Made by a program: the position numbers and the translations under genes. From Patescibacteria group bacterium (GTDB lineage Bacteria; Patescibacteriota; Minisyncoccia; Ryanbacterales; GWA2-47-10b): a stretch of 64,000 nucleotides of DNA. Positions 47,202 through 55,953 of this stretch are shown here, piece after piece (the stretch's first letter is position 1; each line of letters begins with the position of its first letter). The notes under the pieces were generated by a model. That model saw only the letters and a program-made list of their open reading frames with translations. It was not told the origin of the DNA and did not search any database. The stretch lies in the NCBI GenBank assembly GCA_038064855.1, contig JBBTSE010000007.1, positions 151,699 to 215,698 on the forward strand, in the 5' to 3' direction.

Positions 47202-48476
47202 TTACGCGTCGTTTCGTACAAAAAGGCGCAGTTCGTGCACTGCGTAGCGGAGCGCGGTACCCAAAGGCAAAATGGTCACAAGATACTTGATGAGTACGAC
47301 ATACTTGAGCACCCACGCAAAAAAACCAGTCCAGCGAAAACTACCAGCTTCCAAAAGCGCGAATTTACCACCAATAGGGATGATAAACTTGGACGGCTTT
47401 GGCTTGTAAGGTGCCGGCGTCGCCTTGGGATTTTTTATAAGCACACGAATAGCACGCGACACATATGCGCCTTCATGAAGTGCTTTTTGCGCGGTCATAG
47501 GCATGGGTGCACCCGTTTTCTTATCAAAGGTTGATGCTGTATCCCCCACCGTAAAAATATTTTGATACGGGCTTACGCGCAGATTAGGATCAGCGGTCAG
47601 ACACATTTTTTTATCAACGCCCACTCCTTTGACGATCGAGCCTTCACACGCGCCTTTCACACCTGCCGTCCATATCAAAAGATCAAAACCAAACGGCCGC
47701 TTTTCTTTGCCCAGATATAAAAGGTTTGGCCACACATCGACGATGGCACTACCTGCGAGCACTGTCACGCCCAAATCTTTGAGACGACGAGCCGCGCGCG
47801 CGCGCGCCCACGGTGCCGATGTGCCAAGCACGCCTGCACCCGCCTCCACTACGACACATGCCCAGTTGCCCGTAGGGCGGCCATGGAGGTGCGAGAGTTT
47901 TTTCATATATCCTACGAGCTCGCCTGCAAGCTCAACGCCTGTAAATCCCCCGCCGCCGATGACCACGGTGATTTTTTTATGTTTTGGCGTTGTTAGAAAA
48001 AGCTCATCGATGCGATTACGAATATTGCCAGCCTCATTGACTGATTTTAGACCAATAGAGTTTTGCTCAAGATGCGGTATAGAAAAATAATTTGTCTTGC
48101 TACCAAGTCCTACCACCAAATAGTCATAGTGTAGCTTGCGCCCCGTATCAAAAATAATAGAGCGCGTTTCGGGATCTACTGAAGTTATCTCGCCTTGCTC
48201 AATCTTTACCGCTGGCATGTGCGCGAAGATATCACGCAGAGGAATTGCGGCCGATGTGAGTAATTCACGGTTTTCAGTGCGCTGTTGTTTTTTGGTCTCG
48301 GGCAACTGTTCAGGACGAAAGAGTGTCGCCATCTCATAAAACTGTGCGTAGAGCATGTGATACGGATTGCGATCGACAACGATAACTTGCGCAACTTTTT
48401 TCTTTGCCAAATCGCGCGCAACACGAATGCCGCCATACCCACCACCCAAAATCACAACCAACGGTTTATGATGCAT
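47202..48476 (-). CDS. type II NADH dehydrogenase / FAD-dependent pyridine nucleotide-disulfide oxidoreductase
   Basis: Two GxGxxG dinucleotide-binding motifs (ILGGGYGG, VIGGGGFTG). Confidence 0.85.
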   Translation of the reverse strand: MHHKPLVVILGGGYGGIRVARDLAKKKVAQVIVVDRNPYHMLYAQFYEMATLFRPEQLPETKKQQRTENRELLTSAAIPLRDIFAHMPAVKIEQGEITSVDPETRSIIFDTGRKLHYDYLVVGLGSKTNYFSIPHLEQNSIGLKSVNEAGNIRNRIDELFLTTPKHKKITVVIGGGGFTGVELAGELVGYMKKLSHLHGRPTGNWACVVVEAGAGVLGTSAPWARARAARRLKDLGVTVLAGSAIVDVWPNLLYLGKEKRPFGFDLLIWTAGVKGACEGSIVKGVGVDKKMCLTADPNLRVSPYQNIFTVGDTASTFDKKTGAPMPMTAQKALHEGAYVSRAIRVLIKNPKATPAPYKPKPSKFIIPIGGKFALLEAGSFRWTGFFAWVLKYVVLIKYLVTILPLGTALRYAVHELRLFVRNDA

Positions 48477-48517
48477 GCGGTGAGTATATCACGAGATTAG
48501 TGAAGCGAGCTGTTGAT

Positions 48518-48557
48518 GGAGCCACCTCTCGGATTTGAACCGAGGACCTTCGCTTTA
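48518..48557 (-). repeat. 40-bp direct repeat of the 3' end of tRNA-Thr(TGT) (att-site-like)
   Basis: tggagccacctctcggatttgaaccgaggaccttcgcttta is identical to 51788..51827. Confidence 0.8.
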
Positions 48558-48656
48558 TTAAAAATTTCTAAACTGCGGAAGCCCACTGCAAAGCAACGCA
48601 CTACAAGTTTGCCTCACAAGCGGATACAGGAGAAATATTCCTCAGATTTTTGCGGA

Positions 48657-48692
48657 AAGAAAAAAGGCTCTGCGGATGGTATCCACAGAGCC
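48657..48692 (-). terminator. Rho-independent terminator at the end of the island operon
   Basis: GGCTCTGCGGAT-GGT-ATCCACAGAGCC hairpin followed by TTTTTTCTTT on the minus strand. Confidence 0.6.
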
Positions 48693-48715
48693 CATTAGGT
48701 TTGTATGAACTGAGA

Positions 48716-49297
48716 TTAGTTCAGCTCGGGAACATCGGTGCTTTTTGCAACCGTTGCGACCTTGGCAAGAGAATGGAGCGCTTGTGCGTGATCTTCTTCG
48801 TTGCCAGCACCGCAAAGATCTTCGAGCACCACGACTCGGAAGTCGCGATCATGCGCTTCTCGGGCGGCCGACTGAACGGCCAAGTCCGTTGCGACACCGC
48901 CCAACAGGAGGGTATCCGTCTTGAGCGTCCGAAGAATTACCTCAAGAGAGGTCGCGTAGAAAGCGCTCACGCGGTGCTTGGTGACGAGGAAATCTGCATC
49001 GGTCTTTTTCAGAGACTGATGGATCTCCGTCGCCCAAGTACCGAGCTGGAGCGCACCAAACTTTTTGGCGACTCCAAAAAGCGGGGAGGACTCGGGCCAT
49101 TCGCGATAGTCGCTTGAGAAGCCGACCCGCACGAAGACGATGGGCATGTTCTTTGCTCTCGCCCTCGTAATGGCGGTGTTTACGTTCTCGAGCGTTCCGT
49201 GCGCTTTTACAAACGCCGGATAGCCCTTGCCCGCGAACCTTCCTTTTTCATCAACGATCTCATTGATGAAGTCGATAAGGATGAGTGCTGTATTCAT
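48716..49297 (-). CDS. isochorismatase-family cysteine hydrolase (nicotinamidase-like)
   Basis: ALILIDFINE; catalytic-Cys region GVATDLAVQS; start MNTAL after an AAGGAG SD. Confidence 0.75.
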   Translation of the reverse strand: MNTALILIDFINEIVDEKGRFAGKGYPAFVKAHGTLENVNTAITRARAKNMPIVFVRVGFSSDYREWPESSPLFGVAKKFGALQLGTWATEIHQSLKKTDADFLVTKHRVSAFYATSLEVILRTLKTDTLLLGGVATDLAVQSAAREAHDRDFRVVVLEDLCGAGNEEDHAQALHSLAKVATVAKSTDVPELN

Positions 49298-49308
49298 ATT
49301 TTCTCCTT

Positions 49309-49968
49309 TCATGGTTGTGTTTTTGGAGAAAGACCTTGCAGAAACTCCGCGAAGTCTTCCGCTGTCTCTAGGATGCACTTTGGTGAGAACTTTTTCAAGT
49401 AACTCGGCGGATGATATCCGTAACCGACACAAGCGATGTCCACCGGAACATCGCGACAGTAGAGTACGTCGCTCGCGAGATCGCCGATATACAATGTTTC
49501 CGTAACGTCGGCATTGTACAGAGCGAGCGCGCTACGAATTTTCTCCGTCTTTGTTTTGCGATGTTCTCTGCCGTAGACTCCTTGCACGAAATTTTCATCG
49601 AACTCTTCACACTTGCGGAGAATGGCGTACACCGCCTCCGAATAGCTTGAAGTGATGATGATTTTTGGCAAAGAGCAGCACGATAGAGCACGCACCACCT
49701 GGTGGAACGGTTCCACTTCGGTGGCACGCTGATTCATCGCACCTGAATGGCGATCAAAGAATATCCCTGTTTCCTCCTCATTTAAACCGAAAGGATAGAG
49801 CGAGTATCGTAGCTCAACGCCGTACACCCGTGTCATATCCTCGCGAGTTCTGACTTCGGGAATTGTCGGGAATTTCTCCCGCAGACGGTTAATCTCCTCC
49901 ATGCAAATCTGCAAGCTATTGGAGATTACGCCGTCAAAATCGAGAAAGAGCAGGCGATACTTTTTCAT
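49309..49968 (-). CDS. HAD-superfamily hydrolase
   Basis: Motif I LFLDFDGVI. Confidence 0.75.
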   Translation of the reverse strand: MKKYRLLFLDFDGVISNSLQICMEEINRLREKFPTIPEVRTREDMTRVYGVELRYSLYPFGLNEEETGIFFDRHSGAMNQRATEVEPFHQVVRALSCCSLPKIIITSSYSEAVYAILRKCEEFDENFVQGVYGREHRKTKTEKIRSALALYNADVTETLYIGDLASDVLYCRDVPVDIACVGYGYHPPSYLKKFSPKCILETAEDFAEFLQGLSPKTQP

Positions 49969-49982
49969 TTATCACCCTCCTC

Positions 49983-50669
49983 CTACGCTTCCTTCAGAAG
50001 CGGCCAGTCGTATGCCCTGGGAGCCTTGTAGAACTCCTCGAGCATTTCGGCCTGTTCCTGCGTGAGATAGCCCAACCGCACACCAACCTTGAGGACGTTC
50101 GGATAGCTCGTGAGAGAGTAGATACCGCCCAAGTTGAGCGACTCAAACTTCTTCCACATGCTCTCGAAGCACCAGTTGGTGATGGTGATGAACCCGAGCG
50201 TCTTGATATGGAATTCCCAGTCAAGCGCCTCGATTCCCTTGAGGATGGTGTCACCGCTACCACAGAGATCGTCGATGATCACGGCCTTAAGGTTATGTTC
50301 GGGGTTCCCCTCAACCAACTGCCCAACGCCATAGCCCTTCGGCGTACCTCGGATGAAGGCCATGGGGAGCGTCATGCGAGTCGCAATCCGCGCTGCCCAG
50401 GATACCCCGGCCGAAGCCAAGCCGACGACGATCTGCGTTTCCGGAAACTTGAGACGAATGATCGTCTCAATGTACGCTGTGCACGCCTCGTAGGCGAGGT
50501 ACGAGCGGTTGAGGTATCTGCAATTGCAATAGCAGGGAGCCCGAATACCACTCTTCCAGACGAACCAGTCCTCGCGCTTCCTCTGGAAGTCAACGAGATA
50601 TGATTCCGTCTCAAACAGAAGCTGTGCTGTGTGGTCGCCGATTTCCTGATTCCAAACTGTCGTCTTCAT
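49983..50669 (-). CDS. type I phosphoribosyltransferase family protein
   Basis: PRPP-binding motif VIIDDLCGSGDTI. Confidence 0.7.
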   Translation of the reverse strand: MKTTVWNQEIGDHTAQLLFETESYLVDFQRKREDWFVWKSGIRAPCYCNCRYLNRSYLAYEACTAYIETIIRLKFPETQIVVGLASAGVSWAARIATRMTLPMAFIRGTPKGYGVGQLVEGNPEHNLKAVIIDDLCGSGDTILKGIEALDWEFHIKTLGFITITNWCFESMWKKFESLNLGGIYSLTSYPNVLKVGVRLGYLTQEQAEMLEEFYKAPRAYDWPLLKEA

Positions 50670-51607
50670 TTCGTTTCTCCTTTCATCTTGTCGAGGTTAA
50701 ACGTGTCCAGCTTTGGAAACGATGGACTTGCGCCCTTTCGTTGGACGCTGTATGCCGCTGCTTTTTGAGCGAAGATCAAACTCTCATTAAGTGAGTAGCC
50801 TTTATGCAAGAATGCGACAAGCGATCCGCAGAAACAGTCACCAGCTCCGGTGGTATCAACCACGCGAGAAACCTTTTGCGCTGTCTGTTTGATCACTCGT
50901 CCGTTTTGTATCGCGACAAGACCGTTTTCGCCAAGTGTGACCACGACGATTTTGTTACCTATTCTTCGCGCCCATTCGAGAGCCACTTGCGCGACTTCGT
51001 CTGGCGACGAGATCGTCCCCGCCATACCTGCGGCTTGCGCCAACTCCAACTCATTGAGTACAAACATGTCTGTTTGCTCAATAAGCTCATGTGGAATCGG
51101 TTGCATAGGTGAGGGATTGAGGATTGTTACTGCTCCCCAACTTTTCACCTTACTGAAGGCGTAACGAATGTGATCGAGAGGGACTTCAAATTGTGAGATG
51201 AGATACCTGACGGCAGAACTCTGTCGCTCCAAGTATCGCTCAATCGTCTTCCGTTGAAGTAATGAATTGCTCCCAGGAATGACAATAATTTGATTGTTGC
51301 CCCCGTCGTCCACAGCGACAATCGCCGTACCAGATGATGATCCTGTTTGCTCAATAGCGTCGACATCCACATCGGCGCTAATCAAATGACTGCGTAGCAG
51401 TTTTCCGAACTCGTCGCCTCCTAGTGCTCCGATTAAGTCTACCGGAACATCCATATTGGCAACTGCAATGGCCTGATTCGCGCCTTTACCACCTGGCATA
51501 AGGTCGCAAGAAAGACCCGTGATCGTTTCTCCTACTATCGGGAATTTTTCAACACGGACAACCACGTCCATGTTGATACTTCCCAGCACACATACTCTGG
51601 AAATCAT
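50666..51607 (-). CDS. PfkB-family carbohydrate/nucleoside kinase (ribokinase-like)
   Basis: GGKGANQA and TGAGD motifs; start trimmed to MISRV after a GGAGG SD. Confidence 0.8.
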   Translation of the reverse strand: MISRVCVLGSINMDVVVRVEKFPIVGETITGLSCDLMPGGKGANQAIAVANMDVPVDLIGALGGDEFGKLLRSHLISADVDVDAIEQTGSSSGTAIVAVDDGGNNQIIVIPGSNSLLQRKTIERYLERQSSAVRYLISQFEVPLDHIRYAFSKVKSWGAVTILNPSPMQPIPHELIEQTDMFVLNELELAQAAGMAGTISSPDEVAQVALEWARRIGNKIVVVTLGENGLVAIQNGRVIKQTAQKVSRVVDTTGAGDCFCGSLVAFLHKGYSLNESLIFAQKAAAYSVQRKGASPSFPKLDTFNLDKMKGETK

Positions 51608-51787
51608 GGCTGTCCTCCGTTTTAGGTTTTCAATGAACACCTCAAAACAATTTTATAATTCGTTCTATAACTAACACAAAAAATAGTTATTGTAAAGAGG
51701 TGTTTTTCAATTGGGAAAAAATTAGCCGTATGCTCCTCCTGCATATTATCCGACAAATTATTAATCAAAAATCAGAAAGTCTAATAT

Positions 51788-51862
51788 TGGAGCCACCTCT
51801 CGGATTTGAACCGAGGACCTTCGCTTTACAAAAGCGTTGCTCTACCACTGAGCTAAGGTGGC
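51788..51862 (-). tRNA. tRNA-Thr (anticodon TGT), CCA encoded
   Basis: GCCACCTTAGCTCAGTGGTAGAGCA..., anticodon loop TTTGTAA, GGTTCAAATCC, ...AGGTGGCTCCA. Confidence 0.85.
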
Positions 51863-51873
51863 GTTATTATTTT

Positions 51874-52317
51874 TTAACGGGCGTGGTTGGAAATATCTTT
51901 GCCGTGCGGATCGGTATCACCCAAGATACGGCTTCGAGATACATTACTTACTTTTTTCCATGTATGCATCTGTTTCCAATAGCTTGATTCGCGTGGAATC
52001 ACGCGAAAACGCTCTTGAATCATCATGCGCATCTCTTTGGTCTGCCCCGCCATATGACCCGCGAGTCGCTCAAATAATTTGAGAACGCGGTCAATGAGCT
52101 TGAGAAACAATTCTTTTGCACTCACACGGTACCAGCGATCAAGACGATCGAGCTGATTCACCACATATGAACGCACTACGGCGTTTTCAGGAGACTGTTC
52201 GGGAGCCATGCCTTCCGTCTGGGTAGACACACGAATCTCGTGCAAGTGCCGTAGTGGCACGGCAAGCATACCTACGATTCCAACAAGAAATGCGGCGACA
52301 AGTATCACCATGCCCAT
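51874..52317 (-). CDS. hypothetical protein with N-terminal TM helix
   Basis: 147 aa ORF, no recognisable motif. Confidence 0.3.
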   Translation of the reverse strand: MGMVILVAAFLVGIVGMLAVPLRHLHEIRVSTQTEGMAPEQSPENAVVRSYVVNQLDRLDRWYRVSAKELFLKLIDRVLKLFERLAGHMAGQTKEMRMMIQERFRVIPRESSYWKQMHTWKKVSNVSRSRILGDTDPHGKDISNHAR

Positions 52318-52326
52318 AGTGTACCT

Positions 52327-52773
52327 CTAGAGCTCGTAGCGGACAAACTGCCCGACTATAATGCGTTCGCCAAAAGATGCTGACGACGCGCTGATGAGAT
52401 CAGCAATAGTCAGTGTAGGATTTTTAACAAAAGGTTGAGCTAAAAGCTCTGCCACTGATGCCGGATTTGTAGCCGCGATATGCATAGCTATTTCATGCGC
52501 AAGTTTTACAAACTCCTCGTTGCGTGAGACAAAATCAGTCTCTGATCGGATCTCGAGCAATACGCCTACGCGCGAACCACTGTGGATATACGCCTCGATG
52601 CGACCCGCATTGGTCTCGCGTGATTCTTTTTTGGCGGCGGCGTCAGCTCCAAGCTTTGTAAGCGCTTCGCGAGCTTTTACCTCGTCGTCACCTGCCTCAA
52701 TAAGCGCTTTGCGAATAAGCGCTACCGATACTCCAGTTTCTTCGCGAAGTTTTTTGAGAAGATCGTTATTCAT
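52327..52773 (-). CDS. tsf: elongation factor Ts (short form)
   Basis: UBA-like N-terminus LLKKLREETGVSVALIRKAL and EF-Ts core; 148 aa. Confidence 0.85.
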   Translation of the reverse strand: MNNDLLKKLREETGVSVALIRKALIEAGDDEVKAREALTKLGADAAAKKESRETNAGRIEAYIHSGSRVGVLLEIRSETDFVSRNEEFVKLAHEIAMHIAATNPASVAELLAQPFVKNPTLTIADLISASSASFGERIIVGQFVRYEL

Positions 52774-53488
52774 GCGCCTCGGCGAGTCCTTTGCGATATG
52801 CCTCGGTTATCTTGTTGATGACAAAATTGATGCTCTTTGTGGCGTTGTCGTTGCCGAGAATCGGATAGGTCACTGATGCCGGATCACAGTCACTGTTGAT
52901 GAGCGCGATAATAGGAACTTTTTTTACCTTTGCCTCTGCGACCGCGATACCTTCCTCGCCCGCGTCGATGACAAACATTGCCTTGGGCATACCATTGAGA
53001 TTCGCCACGCCCTCGAAGTCGCGCGTAAGGCGATCAATCTCGCGCTGGATGCGAAGCTGTTCGTGCTTGGTATATTTTTGGAGTTCGCCTGATTTTTGTT
53101 TTGAGAGTAAATCTTGCCAGTAGTTGATACGATCACGAATGATCTTGTGATTGGTAAGCATGCCGCCAAGCCAACGAGTCGTGACATAGGGATGACCAAG
53201 CGCGAGCGCCGCTGCCCTTACCAAAGGAGCTGCTGCCGGCTTGCTACCTACCCACAACATAGGATGCTTGTCGCGACCGAGCTGCTCTACATACGCGAGT
53301 GCAAGCTCGAGATGATCCCATACCTTGTCGAGCTGGAAAATTTCCATATTGCTCTTTACGCCCGCGATAAAGGGGCGCATACGAGGATGACGGCGTGTGC
53401 GTGCATAGCCAAAATGAACCCCTGCCTTGAGGAGTGGGTCAAATTTTGCGTCGTATCCTTCGCGTTCTGCGGCTGGCGTCGGTTGCAT
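52766..53488 (-). CDS. rpsB: 30S ribosomal protein S2
   Basis: LLKAGVHFGYARTRRHPRM... matches S2; start trimmed to MQPTPAAER. Confidence 0.9.
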   Translation of the reverse strand: MQPTPAAEREGYDAKFDPLLKAGVHFGYARTRRHPRMRPFIAGVKSNMEIFQLDKVWDHLELALAYVEQLGRDKHPMLWVGSKPAAAPLVRAAALALGHPYVTTRWLGGMLTNHKIIRDRINYWQDLLSKQKSGELQKYTKHEQLRIQREIDRLTRDFEGVANLNGMPKAMFVIDAGEEGIAVAEAKVKKVPIIALINSDCDPASVTYPILGNDNATKSINFVINKITEAYRKGLAEAHE

Positions 53489-53586
53489 AATGTTCTCCAG
53501 TATACGAAAAGAGTATCGGTTTGGCAAGCCCCTTGCACGGAAAGGACTTTCCTGATATCCTAGCTGGTATTGGCAAAACCTTTTAT

Positions 53587-53826
53587 ATGAAAGCAGATAT
53601 TCACCCACCATACTTCGCCGATGCAATCATCGCTTGCGCGTGCGGAAATAAGATGAAATTTGGATCGACCAAACAGTCGATTGAAGTTGAAATTTGCTCA
53701 CAATGCCACCCCTACTACACCGGTAAAGAAAAGCTTATCGACACTGCCGGTCGTGTAGACAAGTTCAAGAAGCGCCTTACCAAGGTATCTGACAAACCCA
53801 CTCGCCGAGGTAAATCTCGTAAATAA
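53587..53826 (+). CDS. rpmE: 50S ribosomal protein L31
   Basis: [10 protein letters not shown]...C.CG...[11 protein letters not shown]...GRVDKFKKR; start trimmed. Confidence 0.85.
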   Translation: MKADIHPPYFADAIIACACGNKMKFGSTKQSIEVEICSQCHPYYTGKEKLIDTAGRVDKFKKRLTKVSDKPTRRGKSRK

Positions 53827-53834
53827 CATCATCT

Positions 53835-54569
53835 ATGGACGGAGTCATCCTCGAAGTACGCGCAGGCGTCGGGGGCAATGAGGCCGCGCTTTTTGCGGGA
53901 GAACTTGCCTCGATGTATACCAAATACGCCCAGCGACAAGGCTGGCGCGTAGTTTTGATTAGCGAATCAAAAGCTGAAGTAGGCGGCATCAAAGAAGCTA
54001 TCTATGAAATCAAAGGTACCGGCGCACATGCCGCTTTCAAAAACGAGTCAGGCGTACACCGCGTACAGCGTATCCCCAAGACCGAAAAGGCAGGGCGTAT
54101 TCATACATCCACCATCTCTGTCGCCATACTCAAAATGGTAGAAGCACGCGAGGTCGTCATCAACAATGGGGATATTGAAGTAAGTTTCTCACGCGCGGGA
54201 GGCCCCGGCGGACAAAATGTAAACAAAGTAGAGACCGCTGTGCGCCTTACCCATAAGCCTACCGGCATCGTCGTCTCATCACGAGAAGAACGCTCACAGC
54301 TTGCCAACCGTGAACGAGCGATGGATGTCTTGCGTGCAAAACTCTATGAGGCACAACATGTGGGTGCGGCAGGAGAAAGGCAATCAGAGCGCCGAGACCA
54401 GATCGGCACCGCAGACCGATCAGAGAAAATCCGCACCTACAACTTTCCTCAAGACCGCATCACCGATCACCGCATCGGCAAAAAGTGGCACAACATCGAA
54501 AAGATCTTGAGTGGCGACTTTGACCAGATCGTCAAAGCGTTTGCGAAACAATGTCTTGATATTACCTGA
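53835..54569 (+). CDS. prfA: peptide chain release factor 1-like, lacking N-terminal domain 1
   Basis: PKT (PxT) codon-recognition tripeptide and GGQ motif; 244 aa starting 8 nt after rpmE. Confidence 0.7.
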   Translation: MDGVILEVRAGVGGNEAALFAGELASMYTKYAQRQGWRVVLISESKAEVGGIKEAIYEIKGTGAHAAFKNESGVHRVQRIPKTEKAGRIHTSTISVAILKMVEAREVVINNGDIEVSFSRAGGPGGQNVNKVETAVRLTHKPTGIVVSSREERSQLANRERAMDVLRAKLYEAQHVGAAGERQSERRDQIGTADRSEKIRTYNFPQDRITDHRIGKKWHNIEKILSGDFDQIVKAFAKQCLDIT

Positions 54570-54637
54570 AGAATGATACCGCTATCCACATCCCAACATT
54601 CTCCACCATCCAGCGGTCTAATCAAGGGCCTATATAA

Positions 54638-55468
54638 TTACTTGAATCGAATGGGAACGATAAATTTTTTTCCGACATCGTCATCCTTCTCTCCTTCGCT
54701 ACTAAATTTTAGATAACCGGTGGGAGTTTCTAAATAACTCATCGTCTCTCTGTCTCCAACCATAGCCTCAAAGGAGGTAGGAAGCTTCAACCAGTCACTT
54801 GTCGCCACTAAAATTTCTGTGTTACTAATCGGTTTATTATTTGCATCATATACCCGTACCGTGCCTACCTCGCCTTCATTCCCAAACCATCCATTGCCAT
54901 TGATGGATCCCTTTACACTAACTGGCAATGCCACCGAATCATTTGGCTGAGGAACGTTTATAATAATCCCCGTAAGTTCGCTATTTTGATTATTGCTTGC
55001 ACACCCATAGAGCTGATTTAATTTCTTGCGTGTTGCGGAGCCAACATAGCCAGTACCGTGTGAAAGACCGTTTGGTGTCAAAATTTCGCTGCGATATTTT
55101 TCTTGGAAACCGACGACTGCTGAGGCGACCTCATCTTCAAAAACTGCTATTCCAAAATTTTCTCCAGTTGAGTAATCAGAAAAGCTATTTCCTTCTTTTG
55201 CCAGAGCTCTTATTAAGTGACCTGTCTCTAAACCCTTATCTCCTACTTTAAGATTTATATTAAAGGTATGGCACCATGCTGTCGGTGATGTCGTGGGAGC
55301 TCCGCCCGTGAGTGAAGACTCGGCGTTAGCGACAACGCTAGCTTCTGCACCAAACGAGCGCAGAAGTCCGAGTATCGCATCAATCTGCTGCTGAGTAAGT
55401 CCTGCCGCAGACGCGGTAGATGCCATCGCAAACAATCCAATAATTGTCCCGAAAATGATTTTTTTCAT
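54638..55468 (-). CDS. secreted protein with putative peptidoglycan-binding domain
   Basis: Signal peptide MKKIIFGTIIGLFAMASTASA; LKVGDKGLETGHLIRAL...VGFQEKY PG-binding-like pattern. Confidence 0.45.
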   Translation of the reverse strand: MKKIIFGTIIGLFAMASTASAAGLTQQQIDAILGLLRSFGAEASVVANAESSLTGGAPTTSPTAWCHTFNINLKVGDKGLETGHLIRALAKEGNSFSDYSTGENFGIAVFEDEVASAVVGFQEKYRSEILTPNGLSHGTGYVGSATRKKLNQLYGCASNNQNSELTGIIINVPQPNDSVALPVSVKGSINGNGWFGNEGEVGTVRVYDANNKPISNTEILVATSDWLKLPTSFEAMVGDRETMSYLETPTGYLKFSSEGEKDDDVGKKFIVPIRFK

Positions 55469-55518
55469 ATTGGTTTTAGTATAACTCTTCCAAAAAAAAA
55501 TGGGGGGGTTATCCACAG

Positions 55519-55941
55519 CTATTGCGCATCAACCATCTTTCCGTTTTTACGGAAACGATAGGGGCTTTTGTCAGCGGCGTCACCATTGTAGCTCGTACAA
55601 ATCTCCTCACCTTTTTTGATGGGTTTGATAGCAGTAAATATCAACACTTCGTCTTTTTCGCGATACACATACTTGGCATTTGGCGTCCAACTGTGGTTGT
55701 AGATAGACCCAAGCCCGAGGCATATAGCCGCTTTTTTTGAGTCAGTACCCCAATCAAAATAATGATTAAAGAGCTCGGTTTTTTTGATATATTCTTTCTC
55801 AGCCGCTGACATCACAATCACAGGAGCAACCTCAATCACATCGCCTTTTTTGAAATTGCGTTCGGCAATAATCCCCCGCCCGCGATCTTTTGTTTTCTGT
55901 ATACGAATACCAATGCCTTGTACTAAAAGGTTTTTTTTCAT
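55519..55941 (-). CDS. minimal SET-domain protein (140 aa)
   Basis: GRGIIAERNFKKGDVI, NHSWTPNA, EEICTSY SET motifs. Confidence 0.65.
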   Translation of the reverse strand: MKKNLLVQGIGIRIQKTKDRGRGIIAERNFKKGDVIEVAPVIVMSAAEKEYIKKTELFNHYFDWGTDSKKAAICLGLGSIYNHSWTPNAKYVYREKDEVLIFTAIKPIKKGEEICTSYNGDAADKSPYRFRKNGKMVDAQ

Positions 55942-55953
55942 AAAGAGAGGTTG

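Larger units (their letters stand above)
48518..51787. mobile_element. ~3.3-kb higher-GC genomic island remnant bounded by tRNA-Thr and a partial tRNA copy; no integrase
   Basis: Direct repeats at both ends; four minus-strand genes with own SD and terminator; local GC about 52-55%. Confidence 0.5.
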
